A stretch of DNA of 64,000 nucleotides from an uncultured Phycisphaerales bacterium. Lineage in GTDB: Bacteria; Planctomycetota; Phycisphaerae; Phycisphaerales; SM1A02. A model generated the notes under the pieces. That model saw only the letters and a list, made by a program, of their open reading frames with translations, did no database searches and was not told the DNA's origin. Each line of letters starts with the position of its first letter. The first letter of the stretch is position 1. The stretch lies in the NCBI GenBank assembly GCA_938084645.1, contig CALKEP010000027.1:8580-72579 (forward strand), written 5' to 3'. The translations under genes and the position numbers were made by a program. Of this stretch, positions 37,609-47,273 are shown piece after piece.

Positions 37609-38742
37609 GTGACGGACTCGAACGATCCACCACTGCGCATCTGTCTTCTCACGACTCAGAACCTCGATGCGGATCCCTTCCCCGAGGACGACTGGCCGTG
37701 CGATCCGCGTCCCTTCATGCCCGAGGCCGAATGGCACGTGGCCACCCTGAAGGGGAAGAAGGGGTCGGTCCGTCAGGTCGAGCGACTGATCAAGCAGGGA
37801 TTCGATCTCTTCTTCAATCTCTGCGACGGCGCGGCGGATCAGAACATCCCCGGGATCGAGGTCATCGAGACGCTGGAGAAGCACGGCGTTCCGTTCGCGG
37901 GCGCGACGTCCGAGTGCTACGAGCCGACCCGGGTCGAGATGAAGGAGGCGTGCGCAGCGCTCGGCATCGCGACCCCGGCCTACGTCGTGGCATCGACCCC
38001 GGAAGACGTGGAGCGGGCCGCGGAGACGCTCCGGTTCCCGCTCTTCGTGAAGCATTACAGCAGTTATGCGAGCGTCGATCTCAGCCGTCGATCACGGGTT
38101 CGGACCCCCGCGGGGCTCCGGGTCCAGGCGAAGAAGATCATGTCCCGGCACGGTGCGGCCCTGATCGAGGAGTACATCGACGGGATCGAGTGCACGGTGC
38201 TGGTGGCGGAGAATCCCGATGACCCCGCCCGGCCGATCACCTACACGCCCGCCCAGTACGAGTTCCCGAAGGGCGAGGAGTTCAAGCACGCCGACGTCAA
38301 GTGGGTGATCTACGAGGGGCTGAAGTCGTTTCCGGTGAAGGATCCGATGCTCGCGGCGAGGCTTCGCGACGAGTGCGCCCGATTCTTCGTCGCATTGAAG
38401 GCGGCGAGTTTCGGCCGATGCGATCTCCGCGTCGCGAAGGACGGCACGCCCTACATGCTGGAGATCAACGCGAACTGCGGGATCTACTATCCGCCCGCCG
38501 ACTACGGGGCCGCCGACATCTGCCTCTCGCTCGATCCCGCCGGCCACGAAGGTTTCACCCGACAACTCGTCGCGGCGGCCTTCGCGAGACACGCGAGGAA
38601 CGAGGCGGCTCGCGACGCGGTGTCGGGGCCGGCCGGAACGCCCGGCATCGAGCCCGCGGCCGCGGTCGAGCATTCCAACGACTCGGCGTGCGGGGATGCA
38701 GTGGAGTCGTCGACCGTGGTGGATCACGATTCGACGGACTGA
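37609..38742 (+). CDS. ATP-grasp enzyme, D-Ala-D-Ala-ligase-like
   Basis: FPLFVK, LIEEYIDGIECTV, GRCDLR, LEINANC. Confidence 0.8.
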   Translation: MTDSNDPPLRICLLTTQNLDADPFPEDDWPCDPRPFMPEAEWHVATLKGKKGSVRQVERLIKQGFDLFFNLCDGAADQNIPGIEVIETLEKHGVPFAGATSECYEPTRVEMKEACAALGIATPAYVVASTPEDVERAAETLRFPLFVKHYSSYASVDLSRRSRVRTPAGLRVQAKKIMSRHGAALIEEYIDGIECTVLVAENPDDPARPITYTPAQYEFPKGEEFKHADVKWVIYEGLKSFPVKDPMLAARLRDECARFFVALKAASFGRCDLRVAKDGTPYMLEINANCGIYYPPADYGAADICLSLDPAGHEGFTRQLVAAAFARHARNEAARDAVSGPAGTPGIEPAAAVEHSNDSACGDAVESSTVVDHDSTD

Positions 38743-38786
38743 TCGAGGGCCGCGGCGGACCACGGTTCAGATACCATCCGATCGAC

Positions 38787-39443
38787 ATGCACGACTTCCA
38801 GCGACGATTCATCGATTTCATGCTCGAGGCGGGCGTCCTCACCTTCGGCGACTTCACGACGAAGAGCGGGCGAAAGACGCCGTACTTCGTGAACACCGGC
38901 CTGTACCGGTCCGGCTCGCAGATGGCGACCCTCGGGCGGGCCTACGCCGATGCGATCGACGCTTCGTTTCCTCAAGGTTTCGACGTCCTGTTCGGCCCGG
39001 CCTACAAGGGCATCCCGCTGGTGGTCGCGGTCGCCACCGCCTTCGCGGAACGCGGCCGCGACGTCGAGTTCTGCTTCAATCGTAAGGAAGCCAAGGATCA
39101 CGGCGAGGGTGGCGTGATCGTCGGCCGGAAGCTGCGGGACGGTGATCGGGTCCTGATCGTCGAGGATGTGACCACCGCCGGCACCTCGATCCGGGAGACC
39201 GTGCCCGTGCTCCGGGCCGCGGCGGGCATTTCGCTCGCCGGGCTCATCGTCTCGGTCAATCGGATGGAGCGAGGCACCACCGATCGAACCGCCCTGGCGG
39301 AACTCGCCGACGAGTTCGCGATGCCGACCCGGTCGATCGTCGACCTCGACGAGATCCTTGAACATCTCGGTGATCGGCTCGGATCGGACGATCGCATGCG
39401 GATCACGGCGTATCGCGAGCAGTACGGCGCGGCGACGTCCTGA
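38787..39443 (+). CDS. pyrE: Orotate phosphoribosyltransferase
   Basis: FGDFTTKSGR.TPYF, GPAYKGIP, NRKEAKDHGEGG, VEDVTTAGTS. Confidence 0.96.
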   Translation: MHDFQRRFIDFMLEAGVLTFGDFTTKSGRKTPYFVNTGLYRSGSQMATLGRAYADAIDASFPQGFDVLFGPAYKGIPLVVAVATAFAERGRDVEFCFNRKEAKDHGEGGVIVGRKLRDGDRVLIVEDVTTAGTSIRETVPVLRAAAGISLAGLIVSVNRMERGTTDRTALAELADEFAMPTRSIVDLDEILEHLGDRLGSDDRMRITAYREQYGAATS

Positions 39444-39530
39444 AGTCAGGAGCGGTGTTCCCGGACGCTGGCCGGCGATGTCCGGTCCGGGCCCGCTGGT
39501 CGATGGCGGGCGATCTCGTATCCTTGACTC

Positions 39531-40616
39531 ATGACCCCGATTCACCGCCTCATCGTGATCGCCTTCTTCGCCGTCGTGTCCTGCCTCGACGCGACGGGGG
39601 AGGATCTCCGACCGGACACCTCGATCGACATCACGCTCGAGTGGTCGCAGCAGCCGGACGGGTGGCGATACCCGATGGCCATCCACGTTCCGAACGGCGA
39701 GCCGCCGGCGACCGGGTTCCCGATCTGCATCCTGCTTCACGGAAACGGCGGCAACGGCGCCGGCATGCTGCCGGGATTCGTCGGCCTGCTTCCGTGCCAC
39801 GCCCTCGTGGCGCCTTCGGGATACGCCTCGAGTTGGAACATCTGCGGCGAGGGAAGCGACGCCCCGGACCTGGAGATGATCGCGGAGCTCGTCGAGCGGC
39901 TGCAGACCTTCGCCAACGTCGATCCGAACCGGATCCGGATCCTCGGCGTGTCCAACGGATCCGCCCTCGCGAATCGCGTGCTCATCGAGAACGACAACCC
40001 GGGAATCGATCGGATCGCCGCCGTGGTGTCCCAGCTCGTCACGGCGCAGTTTCACGCGGGCGGTTTCCACCGTCCCGGTGGAACGACCCAGCCCGGCGCT
40101 CCATTCTGCGGCTATGACATCGAGACCGAGCCGATGCCGGGACGGCGATACCTCGGCATCTGCAACGAGAACGATCCGGTCATCCGGTACGACGGGGGGC
40201 CGGGCCCCGGAGGTCTCGTCTTTCTGGAGGCGCGGGACTCCGCCTTCCGGATCGCACGAAGCCAGGGGTACGACGGAGATCCGCTCACCGGCTCCGGCGA
40301 GCGCATCGGTCGCAGCAACGTGTTCGCCTACGAGTATCTCGACGGACGCGTCGTTCATCTGCGCGGCGATGCGGGCCACGGGATGAACCCGGTCCAGCGC
40401 GAGTACGTCCGCGACTTCTTCGATGGCTGCGCGGTGCCGCCGCCGTGTCCCGCCGATTTCAACGGAGATGGCCGGGTCAACGGCGCCGATCTCGGCCTGC
40501 TCGCCGCCGCGTGGCAGACCGCCGCGGGCGATCTCGACGGCGACGGAACGACCGGTGGCAGCGATGTCGGCCTGCTGCTCGCGGCCTGGGGCGAATGCCC
40601 GTCCGACCAGCCGTGA
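39531..40616 (+). CDS. Secreted alpha/beta-hydrolase esterase with dockerin-like tail
   Basis: LLHGNGG, GVSNG, D, GH; CPADFNGDGRVNGADLG. Confidence 0.8.
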   Translation: MTPIHRLIVIAFFAVVSCLDATGEDLRPDTSIDITLEWSQQPDGWRYPMAIHVPNGEPPATGFPICILLHGNGGNGAGMLPGFVGLLPCHALVAPSGYASSWNICGEGSDAPDLEMIAELVERLQTFANVDPNRIRILGVSNGSALANRVLIENDNPGIDRIAAVVSQLVTAQFHAGGFHRPGGTTQPGAPFCGYDIETEPMPGRRYLGICNENDPVIRYDGGPGPGGLVFLEARDSAFRIARSQGYDGDPLTGSGERIGRSNVFAYEYLDGRVVHLRGDAGHGMNPVQREYVRDFFDGCAVPPPCPADFNGDGRVNGADLGLLAAAWQTAAGDLDGDGTTGGSDVGLLLAAWGECPSDQP

Positions 40617-40619
40617 GGG

Positions 40620-42644
40620 TCAGGGCTGGATGTCGCGAAGGACCTTCATCTGCGTCTTTCGCGGGGCCTTCAAGAAGGACTCGAAGGCTCGATAGAACAC
40701 GGCCTTGTCCTCGATGTCGAGGTAGCGAGCGAGTGCCGCCTCCCAGCCGAGTTCGGTGATCATCGGGTGGAACTCGTCGCGGTAGGCCGCCACGCTTCCG
40801 CTCGGTGACTGGTGGATCAGGAACGCGACCGCCCACGCGCCGGTGTCGTACGCAAGCTCCCGGTAGTGCTTCCGGACCTTCGCGGACGCGGTGTCGATGT
40901 CCTCCATGTCGGCGATGGTGAGGTCCGGATCTTCGACCGAGCGGGCCCGATCCATGAGGTGGTCCATCCGTCTCGCCATGAACTCGTGGTCACAGCGTCC
41001 GGCGGTGTACGGAACCCAGCCCTCGGAAAAGACCGCCCCGCCCTCCATCATCCAGGTCGGCATCGTCGCGAAGCCCTTCTGGAAGACGTGGGTGTATTCA
41101 TGGATCCCGCGAAGCACCGGGTCCGGGATCTCATCTCCGTCGTGATCCCACTGGTGCACGTTGATGAAGACGAGTTCCGCCTCGGGCTGTTCGAAGTCCT
41201 CGACCCACGAGAGATAGGCTTCCGAATCACCGCGCTCCGCGACGTCGATGAATCGTTCCGTCGCATGCGATCGGCACTCGATGACGCTTCGTCCGGTGCT
41301 CCGGGTCCGCCACCGGCAGTAGTCCTCGATGAACGCGTCGCGCGGTGCCGCCGGGATCGTCTCGCCCGCTTCGGAACCGACCACGAAGACGTGCGCGGGT
41401 CCGTAACTCCCCCAGAACGACCTCGCCAGCTCGACGCCGTCCCGGATCTGGGTCCGCCACTTCGCGTCGTACCCCTCGAGCACGTGATAGGTCGGTTCAT
41501 CAGGCACGGGGATGAAGGTCCGGGTGTCCTTCTTCGGCGGCGGTTCGAGTGCGAGCATCGCCTCGCCCAGCGCTTCGCCGACCAGCAGATAGGTCTCGGC
41601 GTTGTGGTTGTAGTGGTGCCCCTGGCGGGTGGGGGAGACCGTGGGGTCGCGCCAATGGTCGCGGACTTCGACGGTCTTCACATTGCCCCGGTGTTCGGGG
41701 TGCCGTCCTGTTTCCCCGTCGACCGCGAGCTGGGCCTCCGCCACGGTCCGGCCGGCACCCGCGAGTTTCCAGCCATCGAAGGCGATGGTCGCGAGCACGA
41801 AGGGTGCCTTCGGCGCATCGAACTCTCGTCGCAGGGCGTCGATCAATCGCACCAGATTCGCTTCGTACCGACTCGCATGCGCCGGATTCTGGTCCTTGTG
41901 TCCCTGCCACCAGACGAAGCCCGCGATCTCCCAGGGATGATCGTCGGAGGCCGGCGTGTGGTCGGAGAGATGGTCGAGGACCTTTCGGATGTCGGTGACG
42001 AAGTCGTCGTACTGCTTGCCGGCGTACCAGTCGACGGGTTTCCCCGGATCGTCCTCGGTCCACGACGACGGATTGTCCTTGTAGCCCGCGTAGATTCGTC
42101 CGTCGTGCTGGAATCGCTCGCTTCCGGGAGGCAGGATGTCCCATCCGAGGCTTCGGTTTCCCTGCGATGCCTTGATGAGCAGGACCGGCTCGTGGTGACG
42201 ATCACCGACCGCGATGCCGAATCCGAGTTCGGGACCGATCAGATTGGGGCGGGCGCCGAATCCGGGCTCCAGCCAGCCGCGACGAGTCCCGGCAGTGACC
42301 TGGACGCACCAGACGTCGTCACGCACTCGCCAATCGCCGGCGTCGTCGAGCAGGTCCGGCCGTTCGCCCTTCGTCTTGACGAGATGTTCGAGGGTGCCTT
42401 CGGTGTCCACCGGGCCGATTCGTCCGAACCCGACCATGTTCGACTGTCCCATCAGGATGTAGACCCGGATCGGGGGCGATGTCGGATCGTGATGCGGATC
42501 GCCGGCCTGCCCTGATGCGCCCATGGTCAGACCCGACCATGCGAGCGCGAAGGCCACGGCGAGGCTTCCGCGGTTCCAGGGACGTGGACGCGACGTGCGG
42601 GCGTCGCTCGGTCGTCGGTCGGGCTTGATGGCGGTGAAGTGCAT
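40620..42644 (-). CDS. Sialate O-acetylesterase (SASA/SGNH) fused to an HExxH domain
   Basis: GQSNM, GPELGFG, WWQG, HYN; C-terminal IHEYTH..WMMEG. Confidence 0.8.
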   Translation of the reverse strand: MHFTAIKPDRRPSDARTSRPRPWNRGSLAVAFALAWSGLTMGASGQAGDPHHDPTSPPIRVYILMGQSNMVGFGRIGPVDTEGTLEHLVKTKGERPDLLDDAGDWRVRDDVWCVQVTAGTRRGWLEPGFGARPNLIGPELGFGIAVGDRHHEPVLLIKASQGNRSLGWDILPPGSERFQHDGRIYAGYKDNPSSWTEDDPGKPVDWYAGKQYDDFVTDIRKVLDHLSDHTPASDDHPWEIAGFVWWQGHKDQNPAHASRYEANLVRLIDALRREFDAPKAPFVLATIAFDGWKLAGAGRTVAEAQLAVDGETGRHPEHRGNVKTVEVRDHWRDPTVSPTRQGHHYNHNAETYLLVGEALGEAMLALEPPPKKDTRTFIPVPDEPTYHVLEGYDAKWRTQIRDGVELARSFWGSYGPAHVFVVGSEAGETIPAAPRDAFIEDYCRWRTRSTGRSVIECRSHATERFIDVAERGDSEAYLSWVEDFEQPEAELVFINVHQWDHDGDEIPDPVLRGIHEYTHVFQKGFATMPTWMMEGGAVFSEGWVPYTAGRCDHEFMARRMDHLMDRARSVEDPDLTIADMEDIDTASAKVRKHYRELAYDTGAWAVAFLIHQSPSGSVAAYRDEFHPMITELGWEAALARYLDIEDKAVFYRAFESFLKAPRKTQMKVLRDIQP

Positions 42645-42739
42645 CGTGGGCTCCTCGGGGAAGGGCACCGTCGCGTTCGCAGACTCGTTCGCGCCGGCGT
42701 TCCGAGCGTAGCCGGATCCCATCCGCCGCGCACACTCGA

Positions 42740-42982
42740 TCAGTCGCGATGCGAGCCGATCCTGGCGTAGTGATGGAGCTGCCAGAAGAACAGGAAGACG
42801 CCGACGGGGAACAGGATCGTCCACAGCGCGGTCCATCCGAGCAGTACCGGCCAGGAGTCGTCGGTTTCCTCGTACTGGTACCAGAAGCCGCCGATCGGCG
42901 CGACCAGGATGCAGGCACAGAAGACGACCTCCGTGCGATCAAGTCCCATCAGAAAGTCGATGACGGAATCGAGGTGGCTCAT
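42740..42982 (-). CDS. Small membrane protein
   Basis: Two hydrophobic aromatic-rich segments. Confidence 0.45.
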   Translation of the reverse strand: MSHLDSVIDFLMGLDRTEVVFCACILVAPIGGFWYQYEETDDSWPVLLGWTALWTILFPVGVFLFFWQLHHYARIGSHRD

Positions 42983-43001
42983 GGAACGTGGTGTGGATCC
43001 T

Positions 43002-43253
43002 TCAAGGGGAGGTTGCTTCCCAGAAGTCGAAGGAGAGTGGATCGTGCCTCGTCCAGGAGAGTCGAGGGAGCCGGTTCTCGCACTGGTCCCAGGTCCGCTC
43101 GGGATGTTCCAGGCGTTCGATGATCGATCGCACCGTGTCTCGACACTGCTGATCGTCGTCGTCGACATACGGACGAAGGGCTTCGATCACCGGGGGGCCG
43201 AATCTGAAGAGGGTCGCGGCCGCCAGCGTCCATGTCGCGATCTGTCCCTGCAT
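43002..43253 (-). CDS. Short hypothetical ORF or gene remnant
   Basis: Protein-like composition, weak HEAT-repeat-like look, poor start context. Confidence 0.3.
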   Translation of the reverse strand: MQGQIATWTLAAATLFRFGPPVIEALRPYVDDDDQQCRDTVRSIIERLEHPERTWDQCENRLPRLSWTRHDPLSFDFWEATSP

Positions 43254-43304
43254 GACCGGCCCTCCGCCTCTTCGAACATCTTCGGCAGGCGATCGAGGGC
43301 TGGA

Positions 43305-44228
43305 TCAGTTTTCGGTTCGGGCGTCGGGGACGCGGGAGAGGTGTGAGTCCCCGCGGCCGCGTGCGAGATCGATCTGTCGCTTTCGTTCCGCGAACCGGGC
43401 CTTCTGTTCATCGGTGGTCCGACCGTGGCAGCGGGGGCAGCTCACGCCTTCGAGATACAGATCCGACGCACGGTCGGCGGCCCGGATCGGATCGCGACAG
43501 GCGCGGCAGAGCGTCGCGTCGCCGACCTCGAGTCCGTGCCCGACGGCCACCCGCTCGTCGAAGACGAAGCATTCCCCGCTCCAGAGGCTGTCCTCCTCGG
43601 GTACCCGCTCGAGGTACTTCAGAATCCCGCCTTCGAGGTGATAGACGTCGCGAATCCCACGCTGCTTCAGGAGGGCGGTGGACTTCTCGCAACGGATGCC
43701 TCCGGTGCAGAACATCGCGACCTTCGGTTGACGAGTCACGTCGATCTGGGCATCGAGCCAGGCCGGGAGCTCGCCGAACGATTCGATTCCCGGATCGACG
43801 GCGTTCTGGAACGAGCCGATCGCGACTTCGTACTCGTTCCTCGTGTCGATCACGATCACGTCCGGATCACTGATCAACGCGTTCCAGTCCTCGGGCGCGA
43901 CATACGTCCCGGTCAGGTTCGCGGGATCGATGCCCTCGATCCCCATCGTGACGATCTCTCGCTTGAGTCGGACCCGCATCTTCCGAAACGGCGGTCGATC
44001 CGTTTCCGCGTCCTTCCAGGTCAGGTCCGCGAGACGGGTGTCGGCTCGAAGATGATCGATCACCGCCATCACGTCTTCACGAGTCCCCGCGATGGTCGCG
44101 TTGATCCCTTCCGGGGCGAGCAGCACGATCCCCCGGACGTCGTGCGTCGCGCAGCATCGCTCCAGCGGATCCACCATGGAGGCGGGATCCTCGAGCGAGG
44201 TGAACTTGTAGAACGACGCGACGAGCAT
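43305..44228 (-). CDS. trhO: Rhodanese-domain tRNA uridine(34) hydroxylase
   Basis: EGINATIAG, KREIVTMG, DTRNEYE, CTGGIRCEKS, GECFVFDER. Confidence 0.9.
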   Translation of the reverse strand: MLVASFYKFTSLEDPASMVDPLERCCATHDVRGIVLLAPEGINATIAGTREDVMAVIDHLRADTRLADLTWKDAETDRPPFRKMRVRLKREIVTMGIEGIDPANLTGTYVAPEDWNALISDPDVIVIDTRNEYEVAIGSFQNAVDPGIESFGELPAWLDAQIDVTRQPKVAMFCTGGIRCEKSTALLKQRGIRDVYHLEGGILKYLERVPEEDSLWSGECFVFDERVAVGHGLEVGDATLCRACRDPIRAADRASDLYLEGVSCPRCHGRTTDEQKARFAERKRQIDLARGRGDSHLSRVPDARTEN

Positions 44229-44259
44229 CGAGCGGGTTCCGATTCGAAGGGACGTCGGA

Positions 44260-44562
44260 CTACGCGACGCCGGTCACCTTCGACGGACCCGCCAGCATCT
44301 CGAACGGCGTCGCGGAGGCGTTCACGAACGCGGGATTGCCGGCGACCGACTTGAACAGCTCGGACTGCTGGTAGTCGTGCATCGCCTTCTCGCTCTCGAA
44401 GAGGTAGACGCCCCCGTAGGTGTTGGTCGCCTCGTTGGCGAGCCACTTCTTCGAGATCAGCCCGGGAATCGCGGCGAACTCGGGGGCGACTTCGGCGCAG
44501 ACCGTTTCGTACTCGGCGCGGGTGATGTCGTTGAGATTGAAGTTGATGATGAGGATGTGCAT
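44260..44562 (-). CDS. YdhR-family putative monooxygenase
   Basis: PGLISKKW..YGGVYLF. Confidence 0.8.
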   Translation of the reverse strand: MHILIINFNLNDITRAEYETVCAEVAPEFAAIPGLISKKWLANEATNTYGGVYLFESEKAMHDYQQSELFKSVAGNPAFVNASATPFEMLAGPSKVTGVA

Positions 44563-44784
44563 GGTGTCGAGGGTATCGACTCTCATCACCGCGGTACCTG
44601 AGTGGTACCCGAGACGTCGCCGGAGGCGTGTTCAGAGCCGATCGAAGCCGGGACCGGGCGCGATTCGGGGGGCCGAGCGGCCACCCCCCGAATCGCGTTC
44701 CTCCCACCGGTCACCCGGTTCGACACGGACGTCGCGGTCGATCCCGAGGCGTGTCGGGTGCCCCTCGTCGACGGATCGCCACCC

Positions 44785-46953
44785 TCATGGCATCGTCCAG
44801 TCGGCGAGGAGCCGGGCGAGATCGCCACCGTCCACGAGGCCCGACCCATCGAGGTCCGCCTCCGCCAGCGCGGTGTTCCACGCGGCGAGCAGGATCGCGA
44901 GGTCGCCGCCGTCGACCCGTCCGTCGAGGTTGATGTCCGCGGTGATCGATTCGATCGGATCGATCGAGGCCGGATACTCGTCGGGTCCCGCCCATGCGAG
45001 ATTCGGAACGGTCTCGTCGACCCACTGATCACGCGGCTCGTCGAAGGGCGTGATTCGGACCCAGGCGATGTGCGCCGCGGTGGTGTCGAAGTCGGGATTG
45101 CCGGTCCAGCCGACGTCGCCCGCGTAGCCGGCGGCCGGGAACCACGTCCCGAGCCAGAACCGCGCCGCGCGGAAGGGGACGTTGCCCTGCCCGAACTCGA
45201 CATCGTGAAGCTCGTCGACCAGTCGCCCGTCGAGCAGCCACCGCACCGAACCGACGTCGTCCCGGTTGATCGCTTCGTCGCCGAGATCGCTTCCCGATCG
45301 CCATTCGATCGTGAAGGTGTGATACCGCCCGTCGAGTGCTTCGGTCGCGAGATCGAGCGGCTTGCCGAACTCGTCCGTCAGCACCTTGCGTCCCTTGTGC
45401 TCTCCACCCTCGCCGCCGAACTGCCCGCCCCACGAATTCGTCCGGGCCTTGGTGAAGGAGAAGTTCCCGGTGTCGGAACCCGCGAGGTCGGTCGGGAACT
45501 CCCAGTCGATCTCGGTGTTTCGCCGCGGATTGGGCTCGTGCCAGTACTCCGCCTCGCCCATGCGGTGGTCGATGTAGTGGAAGGGCCAGAAGGCGGTGCA
45601 GGTTCCGTACTCGGGGGCGACGCGGGCCCGGACCTCGTACCGACCGGAGGCGTAGTAGTCCCGGGTCGCGATGGCGGCACCGACCCGGGTGCGACGGCCG
45701 TTGTGTTCGAGGTCGCCGGAGTAGAGGTCGCCATGGGCTTCGAGGCGGAGCGCGATGATCGGCTCGCCGTCGTCGAAGTCCTCGACCAGGATGACGTTGT
45801 CGGGTGCGACCCCGCCGTTGTCACCGCCCCAGGCCTTCCCGGAGATCAACCAACGGTCGGGATCGAGCGTGCCATCGGAGAAGTCGTCGAAGAAGACTTC
45901 GGAAGTCCGTGCGGGCGGTGATTCGACGGTCGGTGACCATTCATCGCCCCGGGCGGTGAACCGGACATCCCGGAACCACGCGGACCCGGGTTGGTTCTTC
46001 CAGTTCTCGAGGGTCAGCTTTCCCTGCCGGAGCCATCGGTCGCCGGTCTGGATGTCGAGCTCGATCGTCTGCCAGTCGGTGTTCGTGAACGAGCGGGTGA
46101 CCAGGAACTCGTCCGCGCCCGTGAAGTAGACCGTCCCGACGACATCCGGATCGGTTCGAACGTCCACGGAGATGGTCCACTCGCCGTCGGGTGGAAGCAG
46201 CAGTTCCAGCGGCTGGGACGTTCTCGACGTGTCGGCGGTCGACAGGAGCCGGAGGGTCGGCACCGCGTCGACGGTCTCGATCGTCGCGTTGAGTCCCAAC
46301 GCCCACGCCCCGCCGTCGGGATCGTCGAAGCCCGGATTGCGCAACAGCGAGTCGCCCGCGTCGGGCACGATCGTGATCACGGGGGCCTCCGCCCACGGCG
46401 GCTCGCCGGGGTCCGCTTCCGGTGGTGGCTGCCGGCCTTCCCAGGCCCGTACCGAATCGAATTCGACGACGGCGTCCCGGTCGGTCTGCCAACCCTGAAG
46501 GTACACCTCGAACGCCGTGGCGTCGTCGTCGACGTGGACTTCGAACCGACGTTCGAGCCATCGGTTCTCGTCGTCGATCGCGACCCAGCCGTGCGCCTTG
46601 CCGATCTGGGCGCCGTTTCGGACGCCGAGGATCGGAGGTACCAGTCGATCCGTGGTCCGGATGCGGGCGGCGATCGTGTAGCGACCGCGGGGGGTGAGAT
46701 CCTCGATCCACTGGGAGACCTCCGCGGTCTGACCGGATCCGGGTTCGAGCCGCGCCGCATTCGAGCCCTCGTGGGCGTCGTTCCCGATCGAGACCGGACC
46801 CGTGGTCGCCCACCCTTCGAATCCCGATTCGAAGGAACCGTTCTCAAGCAGGTTCTCCGCGGCCCGGGCTCCGCCGACCGTGGTCGCGAGGGTGATCAAT
46901 AGGGCCATTCCCGCCCCGCGGGGGGTGGACGTCGTCTCCATTCTTCGCTGCAT
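44785..46953 (-). CDS. Secreted GH16-like glycoside hydrolase with two CBM4/9-like modules and dockerin-like tail
   Basis: NLLENGSFE and LLRNPGF CBM starts; FFDDF, GRYEVRA, EIDWE, YHTFTIEW; DINLDGRVDGGDL. Confidence 0.8.
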   Translation of the reverse strand: MQRRMETTSTPRGAGMALLITLATTVGGARAAENLLENGSFESGFEGWATTGPVSIGNDAHEGSNAARLEPGSGQTAEVSQWIEDLTPRGRYTIAARIRTTDRLVPPILGVRNGAQIGKAHGWVAIDDENRWLERRFEVHVDDDATAFEVYLQGWQTDRDAVVEFDSVRAWEGRQPPPEADPGEPPWAEAPVITIVPDAGDSLLRNPGFDDPDGGAWALGLNATIETVDAVPTLRLLSTADTSRTSQPLELLLPPDGEWTISVDVRTDPDVVGTVYFTGADEFLVTRSFTNTDWQTIELDIQTGDRWLRQGKLTLENWKNQPGSAWFRDVRFTARGDEWSPTVESPPARTSEVFFDDFSDGTLDPDRWLISGKAWGGDNGGVAPDNVILVEDFDDGEPIIALRLEAHGDLYSGDLEHNGRRTRVGAAIATRDYYASGRYEVRARVAPEYGTCTAFWPFHYIDHRMGEAEYWHEPNPRRNTEIDWEFPTDLAGSDTGNFSFTKARTNSWGGQFGGEGGEHKGRKVLTDEFGKPLDLATEALDGRYHTFTIEWRSGSDLGDEAINRDDVGSVRWLLDGRLVDELHDVEFGQGNVPFRAARFWLGTWFPAAGYAGDVGWTGNPDFDTTAAHIAWVRITPFDEPRDQWVDETVPNLAWAGPDEYPASIDPIESITADINLDGRVDGGDLAILLAAWNTALAEADLDGSGLVDGGDLARLLADWTMP

Positions 46954-47064
46954 GTCGTTGCTCCTCCGACGCCGTCCATCGCTCGCATGGGCCGAGCCCG
47001 AATCGGTCGTCGCTGATGCCCCGCGGCGGGATACGAGGATCCGGCACGGACGGTTCGCCGCTCG

Positions 47065-47079
47065 TCTTCAAATTGAAGA
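47065..47079. promoter_or_regulatory. Palindrome upstream of the GH16 gene
   Basis: TCTTCAA-a-TTGAAGA. Confidence 0.4.
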
Positions 47080-47194
47080 ACATGCGCCGCGGAGGAGAGG
47101 ATTGCCGCGCGATCGGCACTGGTGATGAAGGGTGGGAGCGTTCCTTGCCGAGTGATGATCATCGTTCGTCGGCCGGAATGCCGGAATAATGAGG

Positions 47195-47224
47195 CGACGA
47201 CCCCGGCCGGAGCCGGGGTCGTCG
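47195..47224 (-). terminator. Hairpin downstream of the beta-helix gene
   Basis: CGACGACCCCGGC-cgga-GCCGGGGTCGTCG. Confidence 0.6.
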
Positions 47225-47273
47225 TCGATCTCCATGTCCAGCCGCGATGACGCGGGCCGGTGATCATCCGAGT

